This document shows positions 38,265-47,271 of a stretch of DNA of 64,000 nucleotides, piece after piece. Both the position numbers and the translations under genes were made by a program. Below the pieces are notes generated by a model, which saw only the letters and a list, made by a program, of their open reading frames with translations, was not told the DNA's origin and searched no databases. Numbering within the stretch: the first letter of the stretch is position 1; each line of letters begins with the position of its first letter. Source of the stretch: Treponema sp. (GTDB lineage Bacteria; Spirochaetota; Spirochaetia; Treponematales; Treponemataceae); contig JAKSTP010000002.1 in NCBI GenBank assembly GCA_024402505.1, forward strand, positions 63,530-127,529, given 5' to 3'.

Positions 38265-40014
38265 GTTTTTAAAAGATGATACACTGCGTCACCGCATCTG
38301 GATTTTCATCATGGTGGGCATTAGCACTTTTATTATGATTTATCAGGCCACCAGCGAGAACTTTAGAATTCAGAAAAGTTCTGATTCATTACCTTTTGAT
38401 ATAAAAGGGTCAGTTGAAGTTTTTGAAAGCCCTGAATTTGGAAATTACGCCGATTTTAATGCTGATGAACCTGTTTTTACAGCAAACTCTCTTGAAGAAT
38501 TCTACGATTGCGAAACACTGAACTGGGCCAAGCCTATGACCATCGTCCTTCATTTGGACCGCCATGAATCATTCCCCGTAAACACCGACTTTTTGTTTTA
38601 CCTTGACCGTCTTGGTGCCAGAATTTACATCAACAAGCGAATGGTTTACGACAGCGCAATCAAATATCCTTCATCTTATTATCTTTTGAACCGTCATATT
38701 TACTGGTCCTGCTTTTCTTCACCGGGAATTACAGACAAAGACAATATTGATGTAGTTCTTGTAACCCAGTCAAAATACATGATAAAAAAGGCCATTCAGA
38801 CTACTATCGGTTCCTGTCAGATTTCCACTGAACCGTTTATTCTGAATTCTCACACCTTCAGATCCATTCTGCTTATTCTTCTGGCCATTTGCGGCATTGT
38901 TCTTGGGGCTATGACAATCATCATGTATCTGCTTTTTAGAAGCTCCAATATTAAAATACCACAGCTTTTTTATTTTGGTTCCCTGGTTGTATCCTGTGGA
39001 CTAGGCTATGTTGTTGATTTTGGCGTAAACAACTTTTTCCTGAACATGAGTTCTTTCTACCGCACCCTGGAATTTTCCGAGCACATTCTGGTAGCCGGAT
39101 TCTTCAGCATGTACCTTCAGTCATTCCTAACTAGTTACAGAACAAAAATGGTCCGCATTTCAGCCAGTATTCTTATTACTTTGCTGCCGGTTCTCCTGCT
39201 TGCACAGCAGTTTTATAACTTCGACCTTTATTCCATTACCGATCACGTTCAGATCATCTGTCTTTTAAACATTGTTCTTACTGCCGGTGCTATTATTTTT
39301 GACGCAAAATGCGAAAAATATCAGCCGGCCGACCGTATTTCTACTCCATCTACCATTATTGCCCTCTGTTATATCCTTGATATGTTCACCTACTCTTCTT
39401 CTTATATTCCTGATGCAATTTTCTCACGCATTGGAATCCTTTATTTTGTGATAACACAGTGCCGTGAACTTTTGGATTACCTGGTTGTAATTATACAGCG
39501 AACTGCCGAAGCAAAATATTACCGAGAGCTTGCCTACAAAGACAGTCTTACTCACGTTGCAAACCGAACAAGCTGGCTTGAACGCCTTAAAAAGATTGAG
39601 TCCGACAGAGTTACCATTGATTCTTATGGTGTCATTCTTTTTGATCTTAACAATCTAAAAAAAGTAAATGATCACATGGGCCACCAGAGCGGTGATCAGT
39701 TTATTTCCAGCGCCTGTAAAATTATCTGTAATGTATTCAATGACTGTGAAGTTTACCGCATTGGTGGTGATGAGTTTATTGCCCTTTTAAGAAATTATTC
39801 TGTTTACGAATGTGACCGTAAGCTTATGGAATTTGAAACAATCTGCGGAAAATGGAACTGGGAACATCAGGAGGCACTTTTTGAAATGAGTGTTGCCGCC
39901 GGTGGAGCAGTTTTTGATTTTTCTGTAGACAATTCTTTTGAAGAAACAGTTGCCCGAGCCGATGCCTTTATGTACCAGTGTAAGCTGGAAATGAAAGGTG
40001 ATGACGTCAGGTAA
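38242..40014 (+). CDS. Membrane-sensor diguanylate cyclase, tandem paralog
   Basis: DSLTHVANR, DLNNLKKVNDHMGHQSGD, RIGGDEF; same architecture as the upstream gene. Confidence 0.92.
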   Translation: MTSMKDGEFLKDDTLRHRIWIFIMVGISTFIMIYQATSENFRIQKSSDSLPFDIKGSVEVFESPEFGNYADFNADEPVFTANSLEEFYDCETLNWAKPMTIVLHLDRHESFPVNTDFLFYLDRLGARIYINKRMVYDSAIKYPSSYYLLNRHIYWSCFSSPGITDKDNIDVVLVTQSKYMIKKAIQTTIGSCQISTEPFILNSHTFRSILLILLAICGIVLGAMTIIMYLLFRSSNIKIPQLFYFGSLVVSCGLGYVVDFGVNNFFLNMSSFYRTLEFSEHILVAGFFSMYLQSFLTSYRTKMVRISASILITLLPVLLLAQQFYNFDLYSITDHVQIICLLNIVLTAGAIIFDAKCEKYQPADRISTPSTIIALCYILDMFTYSSSYIPDAIFSRIGILYFVITQCRELLDYLVVIIQRTAEAKYYRELAYKDSLTHVANRTSWLERLKKIESDRVTIDSYGVILFDLNNLKKVNDHMGHQSGDQFISSACKIICNVFNDCEVYRIGGDEFIALLRNYSVYECDRKLMEFETICGKWNWEHQEALFEMSVAAGGAVFDFSVDNSFEETVARADAFMYQCKLEMKGDDVR

Positions 40015-40029
40015 AATTTATGCTATAAT
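40001..40029 (+). promoter_or_regulatory. Sigma70 promoter of carD-ispD
   Basis: ATGACG-N17-TATAAT with a perfect extended -10 (TGCTATAAT). Confidence 0.7.
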
Positions 40030-40037
40030 AGAGATAT

Positions 40038-40667
40038 ATGGAAACAACATTTACAGTTGACCAGAAGGTCGTTTACCCAAGCCAGGGTGTTGGAGTTATT
40101 AAAGAAGTTTTTGAAAAAGAATTCAAAGGCTCTCCTATCATGTACTACAAAATCTACATCGAAGCCTCAGACATGGTTGTTATGGTTCCTGTAGAAAAAG
40201 CCGAAGGACTTGGAATTCGCCAGATTGTTACTGCCGAAGAAGCCGAAGCTGCAATCAAACTTTTGGGCGAAGAAGGAGAACCTATCACTTCAGACTGGAA
40301 ACTCCGCTATCAGATGAACCTTGATCTTCTGAAAAAAGGAACTGTAATGGACATTGCTACCATTGTACGATGTCTTTACAACCGCAGCAAAGTAAAAGAA
40401 CTGCCAATCCTTGAACGCAAACTTTACGATTCAGCAAAAAAACTTCTTGAAGATGAAGTTGCCTACGCACTTGGAAAATCAAACGAAGAAGTTGAAAGTA
40501 TGATCCACCTTCAGCTTGAACCACCTGGAGCTGTTCCAAAAGTTAAACACATCATCCAGATGGACAACGACGAAGACGATGATCTTATGGACGACGTAAA
40601 AGATAACGGTAAATCCGACGGAGACGACGGTTTCGCCGATGACGATTTTGACGATGACGAAGCATAA
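40038..40667 (+). CDS. carD: CarD family transcriptional regulator with acidic tail
   Basis: FTVDQKVVYPSQGVGVI...VMVPVEKAEGLGIR...DWKLRY...ERKLYDSAKKLLEDEVA. Confidence 0.92.
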   Translation: METTFTVDQKVVYPSQGVGVIKEVFEKEFKGSPIMYYKIYIEASDMVVMVPVEKAEGLGIRQIVTAEEAEAAIKLLGEEGEPITSDWKLRYQMNLDLLKKGTVMDIATIVRCLYNRSKVKELPILERKLYDSAKKLLEDEVAYALGKSNEEVESMIHLQLEPPGAVPKVKHIIQMDNDEDDDLMDDVKDNGKSDGDDGFADDDFDDDEA

Positions 40668-41367
40668 TATTTCGGTAATTATCACTGCTGCCGGTTCTTC
40701 CACAAGAATGGGCGGTGGGGTAAAAAAAGAATACTTATCACTTGGGGAGGGCACAGTTTTATCTAACGCCCTCCTGCCTTTTTTAAACGCTCTCAATCCT
40801 TTTTGCATTGTAATAACCTGTCCAAAAGGCCGTGAAGAAGAAGCACGGAAGGCTGTTATGTGCCATAAACAAGTTTCTTTAATTCTGGAGAAAAATAAAC
40901 TGCGCCTTGTTTTTACGGAAGGAAGCACAACCCGTGCACTTTCAGTAAAGGCTGCTCTTGAAAAACTTGAAGAATGTGCTCCAGAAACAGAATACGTTCT
41001 TATTCATGACGGCGCCCGTCCTTTCTGTCCTGAAACAGTCATTAAAAATGTGATTGCACCTCTTGATGAAAACACAGCTGTAACGCCGGCTCTTACACCA
41101 ACCGACACTCAGAAAGTAATTGATAAAAATGGGTTTATTACAGAGCATCTGGTTCGCTCAAGTCTAGCGGCCGTTCAGACTCCACAGGGCTTCCATTTTT
41201 CCAAACTTCTTGAAGCCCACCGCCGTGTAGCAGAAGAGTCTGCCTGCGAAAATGTCCCCCGGGAATACACCGACGACACAGAAATCTGGCAGAAATATTG
41301 CGGAAAAGTCCTCACAGTGCCGGGGGACCCTTCCAACAAAAAAATTACTTACAAAGAAGACATGTAG
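40639..41367 (+). CDS. ispD: 2-C-methyl-D-erythritol 4-phosphate cytidylyltransferase
   Basis: AAGSSTRMG, TRALSV, LIHDGARP, VQTPQGF, TDD, KITYKED. Confidence 0.95.
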   Translation: MTILTMTKHNISVIITAAGSSTRMGGGVKKEYLSLGEGTVLSNALLPFLNALNPFCIVITCPKGREEEARKAVMCHKQVSLILEKNKLRLVFTEGSTTRALSVKAALEKLEECAPETEYVLIHDGARPFCPETVIKNVIAPLDENTAVTPALTPTDTQKVIDKNGFITEHLVRSSLAAVQTPQGFHFSKLLEAHRRVAEESACENVPREYTDDTEIWQKYCGKVLTVPGDPSNKKITYKEDM

Positions 41368-41818
41368 CAAAAGCCTCAACAGCTTCGCCCCGGCCAGTTT
41401 CACCGCATTTTTCGCTTGTTTTGGCTTTTACAAAAACCTGACTGTTTTCCACTCCAAGCACCTTTGCTATGGAATCTATTACTGTCTGCCGGTAAGGAAG
41501 AAATTTTGGTTTTTCAAGAATTAAAACACAGTCCAGATTTTCCAAAGACCAGCCGGCCTTTGTAATATCTTCCCACACAGTTTTCAAAAGGAAAGTTGAT
41601 TCAGCATCCTTCCACTTTGCATCTTCGGGAGGAAAGTAACTTCCAATGTCCCCCATGCCGGCTGCCCCAAGAAGAGCGTCCGTAATGGCGTGGAGAAGCA
41701 CGTCGCCGTCGGAGTGAGCTTCTTCCCCTTTTTCAAAAGGAATTTCCACTCCCCCAATCCACAGTTTTCTGCCTTCCACAAGGCGGTGAAGGTCGTATCC
41801 AAGTCCCGTTCTGATCAT
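41345..41818 (-). CDS. ispF: 2-C-methyl-D-erythritol 2,4-cyclodiphosphate synthase
   Basis: RTGLGYDLH, AHSDGDVLLHAITDALLGA, DIG..FP, KAKTSE. Confidence 0.97.
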   Translation of the reverse strand: MIRTGLGYDLHRLVEGRKLWIGGVEIPFEKGEEAHSDGDVLLHAITDALLGAAGMGDIGSYFPPEDAKWKDAESTFLLKTVWEDITKAGWSLENLDCVLILEKPKFLPYRQTVIDSIAKVLGVENSQVFVKAKTSEKCGETGRGEAVEAFATCLLCK

Positions 41819-41848
41819 GGCGTCTTCCCTTTTAGTCCCTCTGCCTTA

Positions 41849-44800
41849 TTAAAGGTTGTCTGGTGTAGAAAGAATAAGGTCGATGGCTTCCATTGGAATG
41901 TGAGTTCTGGCAGAAATTTCTTCCGGTCGCCATCCCTGTGTGGCCAAAATCTTTACCTTTTCACGATCTTTTGGAGAAACTACGCCGCCCATTGAACCCT
42001 TTTCCTTAACATCGTTTCGGGCAATGTCGTGAAGTGTATCGAATTTTTTACCAATTTCGTTGTCCATCTGGCTCAGGCGGATTTCTGTCTTTTTAAGGCT
42101 TCCGTTCATGGCAGAAAGTTCTTCAAATCGTTTTTCTGCGCTGTTGAGAGATTCGTCCAAAGATTCCAGTTTGCCAATGGCCTCGGTAATTTTTGGTCCA
42201 TTCTGAAGGATTCGGTCCACCTTGCCCTGAACATCCCTGATTTCGTTTGGAAGGGATTCGGTCTGGCGTGTACAATCCCGGAGCTTTGTTTCCAGGTCTT
42301 TAAGGTTTCCAAATACAGTATCAACATCCTTAATAACACGGTCCAGAGTTTCATTTTTCTGGTCAAGGCGATTGTATTTTGTTTCCAGGTTGATAAGTCC
42401 GTCTGCAATGTTTCGCATCTTAACTTCGTAGTTCTGCAAAGAATCAGATGCGCTGGTCATTGTCTTCATGCGCTGATCAACTTCATTTGAAATGCTGTAA
42501 AGTCCTTCAAATCTGGATTTAAGGTTTGCCAGTTCTTCTTTATGTTCGTTGAACTGATCAATCTGGCGGCGCATATTTTCGTTGATGCCAAGAACTTCGT
42601 TGTACTGTTTGTTTACGTTTTCAACTTCACTGTGGAATTTTGTTACGCGGTCAAAAGAAGCGTCCAGAGATTCCATATTGGTTTCAAGCTGTTTTCGCAT
42701 CTGTTCGGCAGTTTCGAAGGCCCCGATATTTGCACGAACATTTCCAATTTCCTTGTTGAGTTCGGCAATCTGTACCTGAAGGTCATTTTCTTCGTTCTGA
42801 AGTTTAAGAACCAGAGTTGTCTGTGTATTTCGGGTCTGTTCGCTAATCTGCTGAAGTTCCTGCTTAAGATCCTGAATGCGGGCGGATGCATCGTTGTTCT
42901 GACTGCGAACCCGTTCTTCTGTATCGTTAAGCATTTCTTCATACATGCTCTTAAGCTGGGTAAGAATCTGCTGGGCTCGTTCATCGTAATTTGCAATTGA
43001 TGTGTCGGCCTTCTTTTTAAGTTCATCAAGACTTGATTCAAGCTCGGCCTGTCGTCGTTCAAGAGTTTCTGAATATTCACCAACAGCGCTGTTCATCTTC
43101 TCCTGAGCTTCGTTCATGCGGATGGCAGTTGTTGCACGGAATGTATCAAGTTCACCACGGAACTGTTCTTTTGATTCATCAAACTGAGCTGTAACCTTTT
43201 CCTTCCATGAATTAAAGGCGTCCAAAGCTGCATCGATTGTAGCCGATCCTGTTTCCTGGCGGCTTGCAATGGTTTCTTCAAAGGCCTTAAGGTCTGTAAG
43301 AAGTTCGGTCTGTACTTTTTCAAGCTGTTCGTTAATGTGCTGAACATTTCTTTCGCTGGCAGTTTTGATTTCATTGTCTGTGGCAAAAGTAACCTGATCT
43401 ACCTTTTCGTTGGTCTGAGTCTGGAAATCTTCTACCCGCTGACGGATTGTGTCCAGGGCGTTCTGAACGCTGAAACGGGTCTGCTGAATCTGTGTATCAA
43501 CATGATCAATCTGTTCGTCGGTTTTTGTCTGAAGTGAAGTAATGTTTGACTTAAGTTTTTCGATGTAACTTTCTTCCACTTCACGACGGGCATTTTCAAA
43601 CTCACTTGTAAGATTCTGAAGCTTGTTGTCCAGGGCATTTTTCCAGTCTGCAAGATCACCTGCAATCTGGCCTTCACGCACCTGAAGATTCTTGTTGAAA
43701 TCGTTTTCGAAATCCTGGAGTTTGGCACTCATGCTGCCAGTAGCCATTTCCTTAAGGTTGTCCAGAGATTTTTCAATGTCGGTAATCTGTTTTTCAAGGG
43801 CAGTTGAACTGTCCCGGAGACTGGCAGTAAAACGTTCGTGTTTGCTCTGCTGATCCTGAGTGAACATGTCAAAAGATGTAAGAACGCGGGTCTGAACTTC
43901 GCTCATGGCATCTTTCAGGCTTTTTTCCAGCATGTCCACGTCGGTTCGGGAAGTCTGAATCTGAGAAAGCTTGTATTCCAGGTCTTTTTTGTAAACAGCA
44001 ATTCCGTCATCAACACCTTCAAGAATCTGGAGGCGGCGTGTTTCACTGTCGGCAAGTGCCTTGGAAATACCGTCGTCCAGCAGGCGGTTAAGATTTTCAA
44101 GGCGGTTCTGAACTGTTGTCTGGAACTGTTCGATTTTATCGGAAATATCATTAACCTTGCCTTCAAGTTCCGGCTGCATCTGATTGGCCCGGCTCATGGC
44201 AGTATCACATTCAGCTCGCAATCTTGCCACAGAGTTTTCGGCCTGAGTAACTGCACTTTCGGCTTCGGCTTTTACCCGGGCTGTTTCCTGAGTACATTTG
44301 TTAAGGTCGTTTTCAAGGGCATCTTTAAGCTGAAGAATGCGTGTCTGTTTATCTTCAAAATCAACGCCCAGTTTCTGATATTTTTCTTCGTATGTGTTCT
44401 GAAGACCGTCAACATAAGATTTAACCTTATCGTTAACTTTTCCAAGGTGATTTTTAACGTCTTCATTGAACTTGGCATTGGTTGTTTCAAATTTTTCAAC
44501 GGCTGCTTTGTTTTTTTCCGTAAGTTCTGATTCAAATTTTTCGGCTTCGGCAAAAAAGCGTGTTTCCAGGTCATTAACCTTTGTTGTCATTGTATTGTCA
44601 AAATCCGACATTGATTCTGAAAGGTTCTTTTCGAATTCGCCCATGCGGCTGTTCAATCCCTCTTCCAGATTCATGATGCGGCCGTTTACATCACTTTCAA
44701 CCTGTGAAATGCGGGTAGAAATCTGTGCTTCCACGTCGGAAGAACTGTTTTCAATGCGTGTCTGAATTTCCTTGTTCTGGCGGTTCAGTTCGGCTGCTTC

Positions 44801-45727
44801 TGCAGTAAGCTTATCTTTGATTTCCTTAGTTTCAATGTTGAATCGTTCGTTCAAAGAAGCAGAATTTTCATTGATTTTGCTCAAAAGTGCATCAGCTTCA
44901 GCAGTTACTTTTACCAGAAGTTCATTTTTAAGCAGTTCAACCTTATCCTGGATCTGCTTTTCAATATCATCACTCTGGAATTTAAGTTCAGTAAGATACT
45001 TGTCTTTACGTTCTGTGGCCCGTTCTGTAAGGTGATTGAAAGCTGTTTCTTCCAGTGTTTCTGCTTTTCGGGCTGCTTCTCCAAAGGCCTGAGTAACCGT
45101 TGTCTGGATCTGAGCCATAAGTTTGTCGGTTTCATTTCTGTAATTTTCCAGCTGACTCTGAACATTGCTTCCATATTTTTCGTATTCATTAAGAAGAGTT
45201 GAGGCAATGGCCTTAAGCTGTTCGGCATTTTTGTCGGCAAACCCTTTTGTAACCTGTGGGATTTTTCGGCCAATATCATCAATAATCTTCTGCTGTTCTT
45301 CAAGGCGGTGTTCCAGATTTTTAACAACATTCTGTTCATTTTTGATGCGGTCCAGGTTTGTTTCTACGGCCACGGTCATGTCATTAAGTTCATGGAGGAT
45401 TTTAGCAAAGCCATTTACCTTTGATTCAATATTCTGAATGGCGGCAATATCACCTTCAAGGCTTTTTGACTGTTCAATGAAATTTTTAAGGCGTTCGTCC
45501 AGCATGTTTACAGCAGCGCCGGCCTGAGTACGTTTTGCTTCAAGTTCGCTGTTCAAACCTTTAAGCTGTTTTACCAGTTCTGTAAATGTAACTTTAAGAT
45601 CTTCATTGCGTTTGTCTGCATATTTTTTTACTTTTTCCATGGAGTTGTTGCCACGGTTCTTGAATTCAAAGAACATACAGATTCCAACGGAACAGACAAT
45701 GCTGATTATTACGTAAATAGCTCCCAC
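41849..45727 (-). CDS. Spirochete long coiled-coil protein (SpiroCoCo family)
   Basis: N-terminal TM helix followed by NNSMEKVKKYAD, ~1200 aa of heptad repeats, and a C-terminal HTH-like end (GWRPEEISARTHIPMEAIDLIL). Confidence 0.8.
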   Translation of the reverse strand: MGAIYVIISIVCSVGICMFFEFKNRGNNSMEKVKKYADKRNEDLKVTFTELVKQLKGLNSELEAKRTQAGAAVNMLDERLKNFIEQSKSLEGDIAAIQNIESKVNGFAKILHELNDMTVAVETNLDRIKNEQNVVKNLEHRLEEQQKIIDDIGRKIPQVTKGFADKNAEQLKAIASTLLNEYEKYGSNVQSQLENYRNETDKLMAQIQTTVTQAFGEAARKAETLEETAFNHLTERATERKDKYLTELKFQSDDIEKQIQDKVELLKNELLVKVTAEADALLSKINENSASLNERFNIETKEIKDKLTAEAAELNRQNKEIQTRIENSSSDVEAQISTRISQVESDVNGRIMNLEEGLNSRMGEFEKNLSESMSDFDNTMTTKVNDLETRFFAEAEKFESELTEKNKAAVEKFETTNAKFNEDVKNHLGKVNDKVKSYVDGLQNTYEEKYQKLGVDFEDKQTRILQLKDALENDLNKCTQETARVKAEAESAVTQAENSVARLRAECDTAMSRANQMQPELEGKVNDISDKIEQFQTTVQNRLENLNRLLDDGISKALADSETRRLQILEGVDDGIAVYKKDLEYKLSQIQTSRTDVDMLEKSLKDAMSEVQTRVLTSFDMFTQDQQSKHERFTASLRDSSTALEKQITDIEKSLDNLKEMATGSMSAKLQDFENDFNKNLQVREGQIAGDLADWKNALDNKLQNLTSEFENARREVEESYIEKLKSNITSLQTKTDEQIDHVDTQIQQTRFSVQNALDTIRQRVEDFQTQTNEKVDQVTFATDNEIKTASERNVQHINEQLEKVQTELLTDLKAFEETIASRQETGSATIDAALDAFNSWKEKVTAQFDESKEQFRGELDTFRATTAIRMNEAQEKMNSAVGEYSETLERRQAELESSLDELKKKADTSIANYDERAQQILTQLKSMYEEMLNDTEERVRSQNNDASARIQDLKQELQQISEQTRNTQTTLVLKLQNEENDLQVQIAELNKEIGNVRANIGAFETAEQMRKQLETNMESLDASFDRVTKFHSEVENVNKQYNEVLGINENMRRQIDQFNEHKEELANLKSRFEGLYSISNEVDQRMKTMTSASDSLQNYEVKMRNIADGLINLETKYNRLDQKNETLDRVIKDVDTVFGNLKDLETKLRDCTRQTESLPNEIRDVQGKVDRILQNGPKITEAIGKLESLDESLNSAEKRFEELSAMNGSLKKTEIRLSQMDNEIGKKFDTLHDIARNDVKEKGSMGGVVSPKDREKVKILATQGWRPEEISARTHIPMEAIDLILSTPDNL

Positions 45728-45760
45728 TTTTTATTCCCCACCAGTTATTTTACAGTTTTT

Positions 45761-46453
45761 TTAGTTTAATCCCAGAACCTGCATCAGATCTGCATAATTT
45801 GAAAACCTGATGTCAGCAAGTTCATTTTCTTTATTTTTTCTTTTTCGTGCTTTCGATTTTGATGTAAACCAGGCACTTTTCATGCCGGCTGCCTTAGATC
45901 CCACTACGTCGTACTTGTAACTGTTTCCAACGTAAAGGATATTTTCGGGCTTGATACCCAGTTTTTCTGCCATTTTTACAAAGGCGATTGGATTTGGTTT
46001 AAGGGCGCCACATTCCTCTGTTCCCATGGAAAGATCGGCCATAGCCTTAATGCCCCAAAGTTCACCCTTCTGTTCCGGCGGAAAGTCCGAAAGAATTGCT
46101 ACTTTCAAACCCTTTTCTTTAATCTTTGCCACACATTCCACCGCATTCTTGCAAGGAGTTATGCGCAGGAAAAACTTTTTAAGTCCCTGATAAACAATCC
46201 TGTCCAAAGCTTCCTGAGCCTTTTCCGGAGTTGTTTTCAGGCGGCGTGCCATGTATTCTGCCTGTATACGGGAAAAATCGCCCTCTGCCTTATCTTTGCG
46301 GAGTGCACTACGAACGAGACCATAATGTAAAAAGAAATGATTATGTGCCAGAAAATGGAAAACGATCCTGGTGTTAAGTTTCCAGTTTTCGTAAAGAGTT
46401 CCATCAATATCAAAGGCAACAGCTTGAATGTCGCCCAATTCACCCATTTTCAA
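45761..46453 (-). CDS. HAD family hydrolase
   Basis: FDIDGTLY, ILSD, KPNP, YVGNSYKYDVVG motifs. Confidence 0.9.
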   Translation of the reverse strand: MKMGELGDIQAVAFDIDGTLYENWKLNTRIVFHFLAHNHFFLHYGLVRSALRKDKAEGDFSRIQAEYMARRLKTTPEKAQEALDRIVYQGLKKFFLRITPCKNAVECVAKIKEKGLKVAILSDFPPEQKGELWGIKAMADLSMGTEECGALKPNPIAFVKMAEKLGIKPENILYVGNSYKYDVVGSKAAGMKSAWFTSKSKARKRKNKENELADIRFSNYADLMQVLGLN

Positions 46454-46520
46454 TATTTTCCCCTATACCCTACCATTATACATCAATCAAGAAAAAAAAT
46501 ATACAACACCTTCCCCTTAT

Positions 46521-46549
46521 TTGACATTTTCCCTTTTTTTTGATAAAGT
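46521..46549 (+). promoter_or_regulatory. Sigma70 promoter of tRNA-Ala
   Basis: TTGACA-N17-TAAAGT with extended -10 TG, 13 bp before the tRNA. Confidence 0.8.
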
Positions 46550-46562
46550 AATCTTACATTTC

Positions 46563-46636
46563 GGGGGTGTAGCTCACCTGGCTAGAGCGTTTGAATGGCA
46601 TTCAAAAGGTAGTCGGTTCAAGTCCGATCATCTCCA
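46563..46636 (+). tRNA. tRNA-Ala(GGC); CCA not encoded
   Basis: Cloverleaf GGGGGTG/CATCTCC acceptor stem with G3:U70, D-arm GCTC/GAGC, anticodon arm TTTGA-ATGGCAT-TCAAA, T-arm GTCGG-TTCAAGT-CCGAT. Confidence 0.97.
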
Positions 46637-46640
46637 CAAG

Positions 46641-46678
46641 AAAAAAAAAGGAATCTGCAAAGCAGGTTCCTTTTTTTT
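46641..46678 (+). terminator. Bidirectional intrinsic terminator after the tRNA
   Basis: A-run-GGAATCTGC-AAA-GCAGGTTCC-T8. Confidence 0.88.
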
Positions 46679-46707
46679 GTTTAAAACTTATTTCTATGTC
46701 CACAATA

Positions 46708-46736
46708 AGGGTGGTTGAGCCTGTCGAAACCACCTT
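46708..46736. repeat. REP-like palindrome
   Basis: GGTGGTT-GAGCCTGTCGA-AACCACC; resembles GAGCCTGTCGAA-type REP elements (from recall). Confidence 0.65.
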
Positions 46737-46756
46737 CAGCAAAACCCTACCTGTTT

Positions 46757-46774
46757 ATCGGACTTGAACCGACT
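46757..46774 (-). other. Exact 18-bp inverted copy of the tRNA-Ala T-arm (att-like site)
   Basis: ATCGGACTTGAACCGACT is the reverse complement of AGTCGGTTCAAGTCCGAT at 46611-46628. Confidence 0.85.
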
Positions 46775-47055
46775 TAACCATTGTCTTTTTGATTAACAAG
46801 GCCATTAATCTCGTTTATTATGGATTCTTCCGATAAGCAATGTCTTTTCTTTAGATAATCCCAGTCTTCGGGATAGTACTCTGAATCTTCTGGACCTATT
46901 TCATAACCTTTAATTAATTTGAGTTTACCATCTTCTAAAGATACCAGAATGCTAATCTCATGAGTAAAATGCAATATACCATTTTGGTACGACGCATCCA
47001 GTTCTACTAGAAATAAATCTGATTTATTTCTAGTAAGTGAAATAATATTTGCCAT
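46774..47055 (-). CDS. Small hypothetical protein (93 aa)
   Basis: ATG-started AT-rich ORF; its TAA abuts the tRNA-like fragment; no recognised motif. Confidence 0.6.
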   Translation of the reverse strand: MANIISLTRNKSDLFLVELDASYQNGILHFTHEISILVSLEDGKLKLIKGYEIGPEDSEYYPEDWDYLKKRHCLSEESIINEINGLVNQKDNG

Positions 47056-47189
47056 AAAAAAACAATGAGCAGTTTAACTATAATAATCAAGGATCGTCGA
47101 TCGTATAGAATTTTTAAAAAAAAGAATCCCCCCGGAAGGTAAGTCGTCAAACAAAAAATCTCGCCAGGCAGTTTTACCAACCATACAAA

Positions 47190-47241
47190 TTCTCTATGTC
47201 ATTCCATTGTTCTCTATGTCATTTTAATATATAATGACATA
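47190..47241. promoter_or_regulatory. Putative operator upstream of fic
   Basis: TTCTCTATGTCATT direct repeat at 47190 and 47210; TATGTCATT-N9-AATGACATA inverted repeat. Confidence 0.55.
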
Positions 47242-47271
47242 AAGATTTAATTCTTGGGGTAGAGATACATA

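Noticed and set aside
41849-45727. SMC/condensin call for the 1292-aa coiled coil
   Set aside because: No Walker A/B or hinge motifs; an N-terminal TM helix fits the spirochete coiled-coil family instead.
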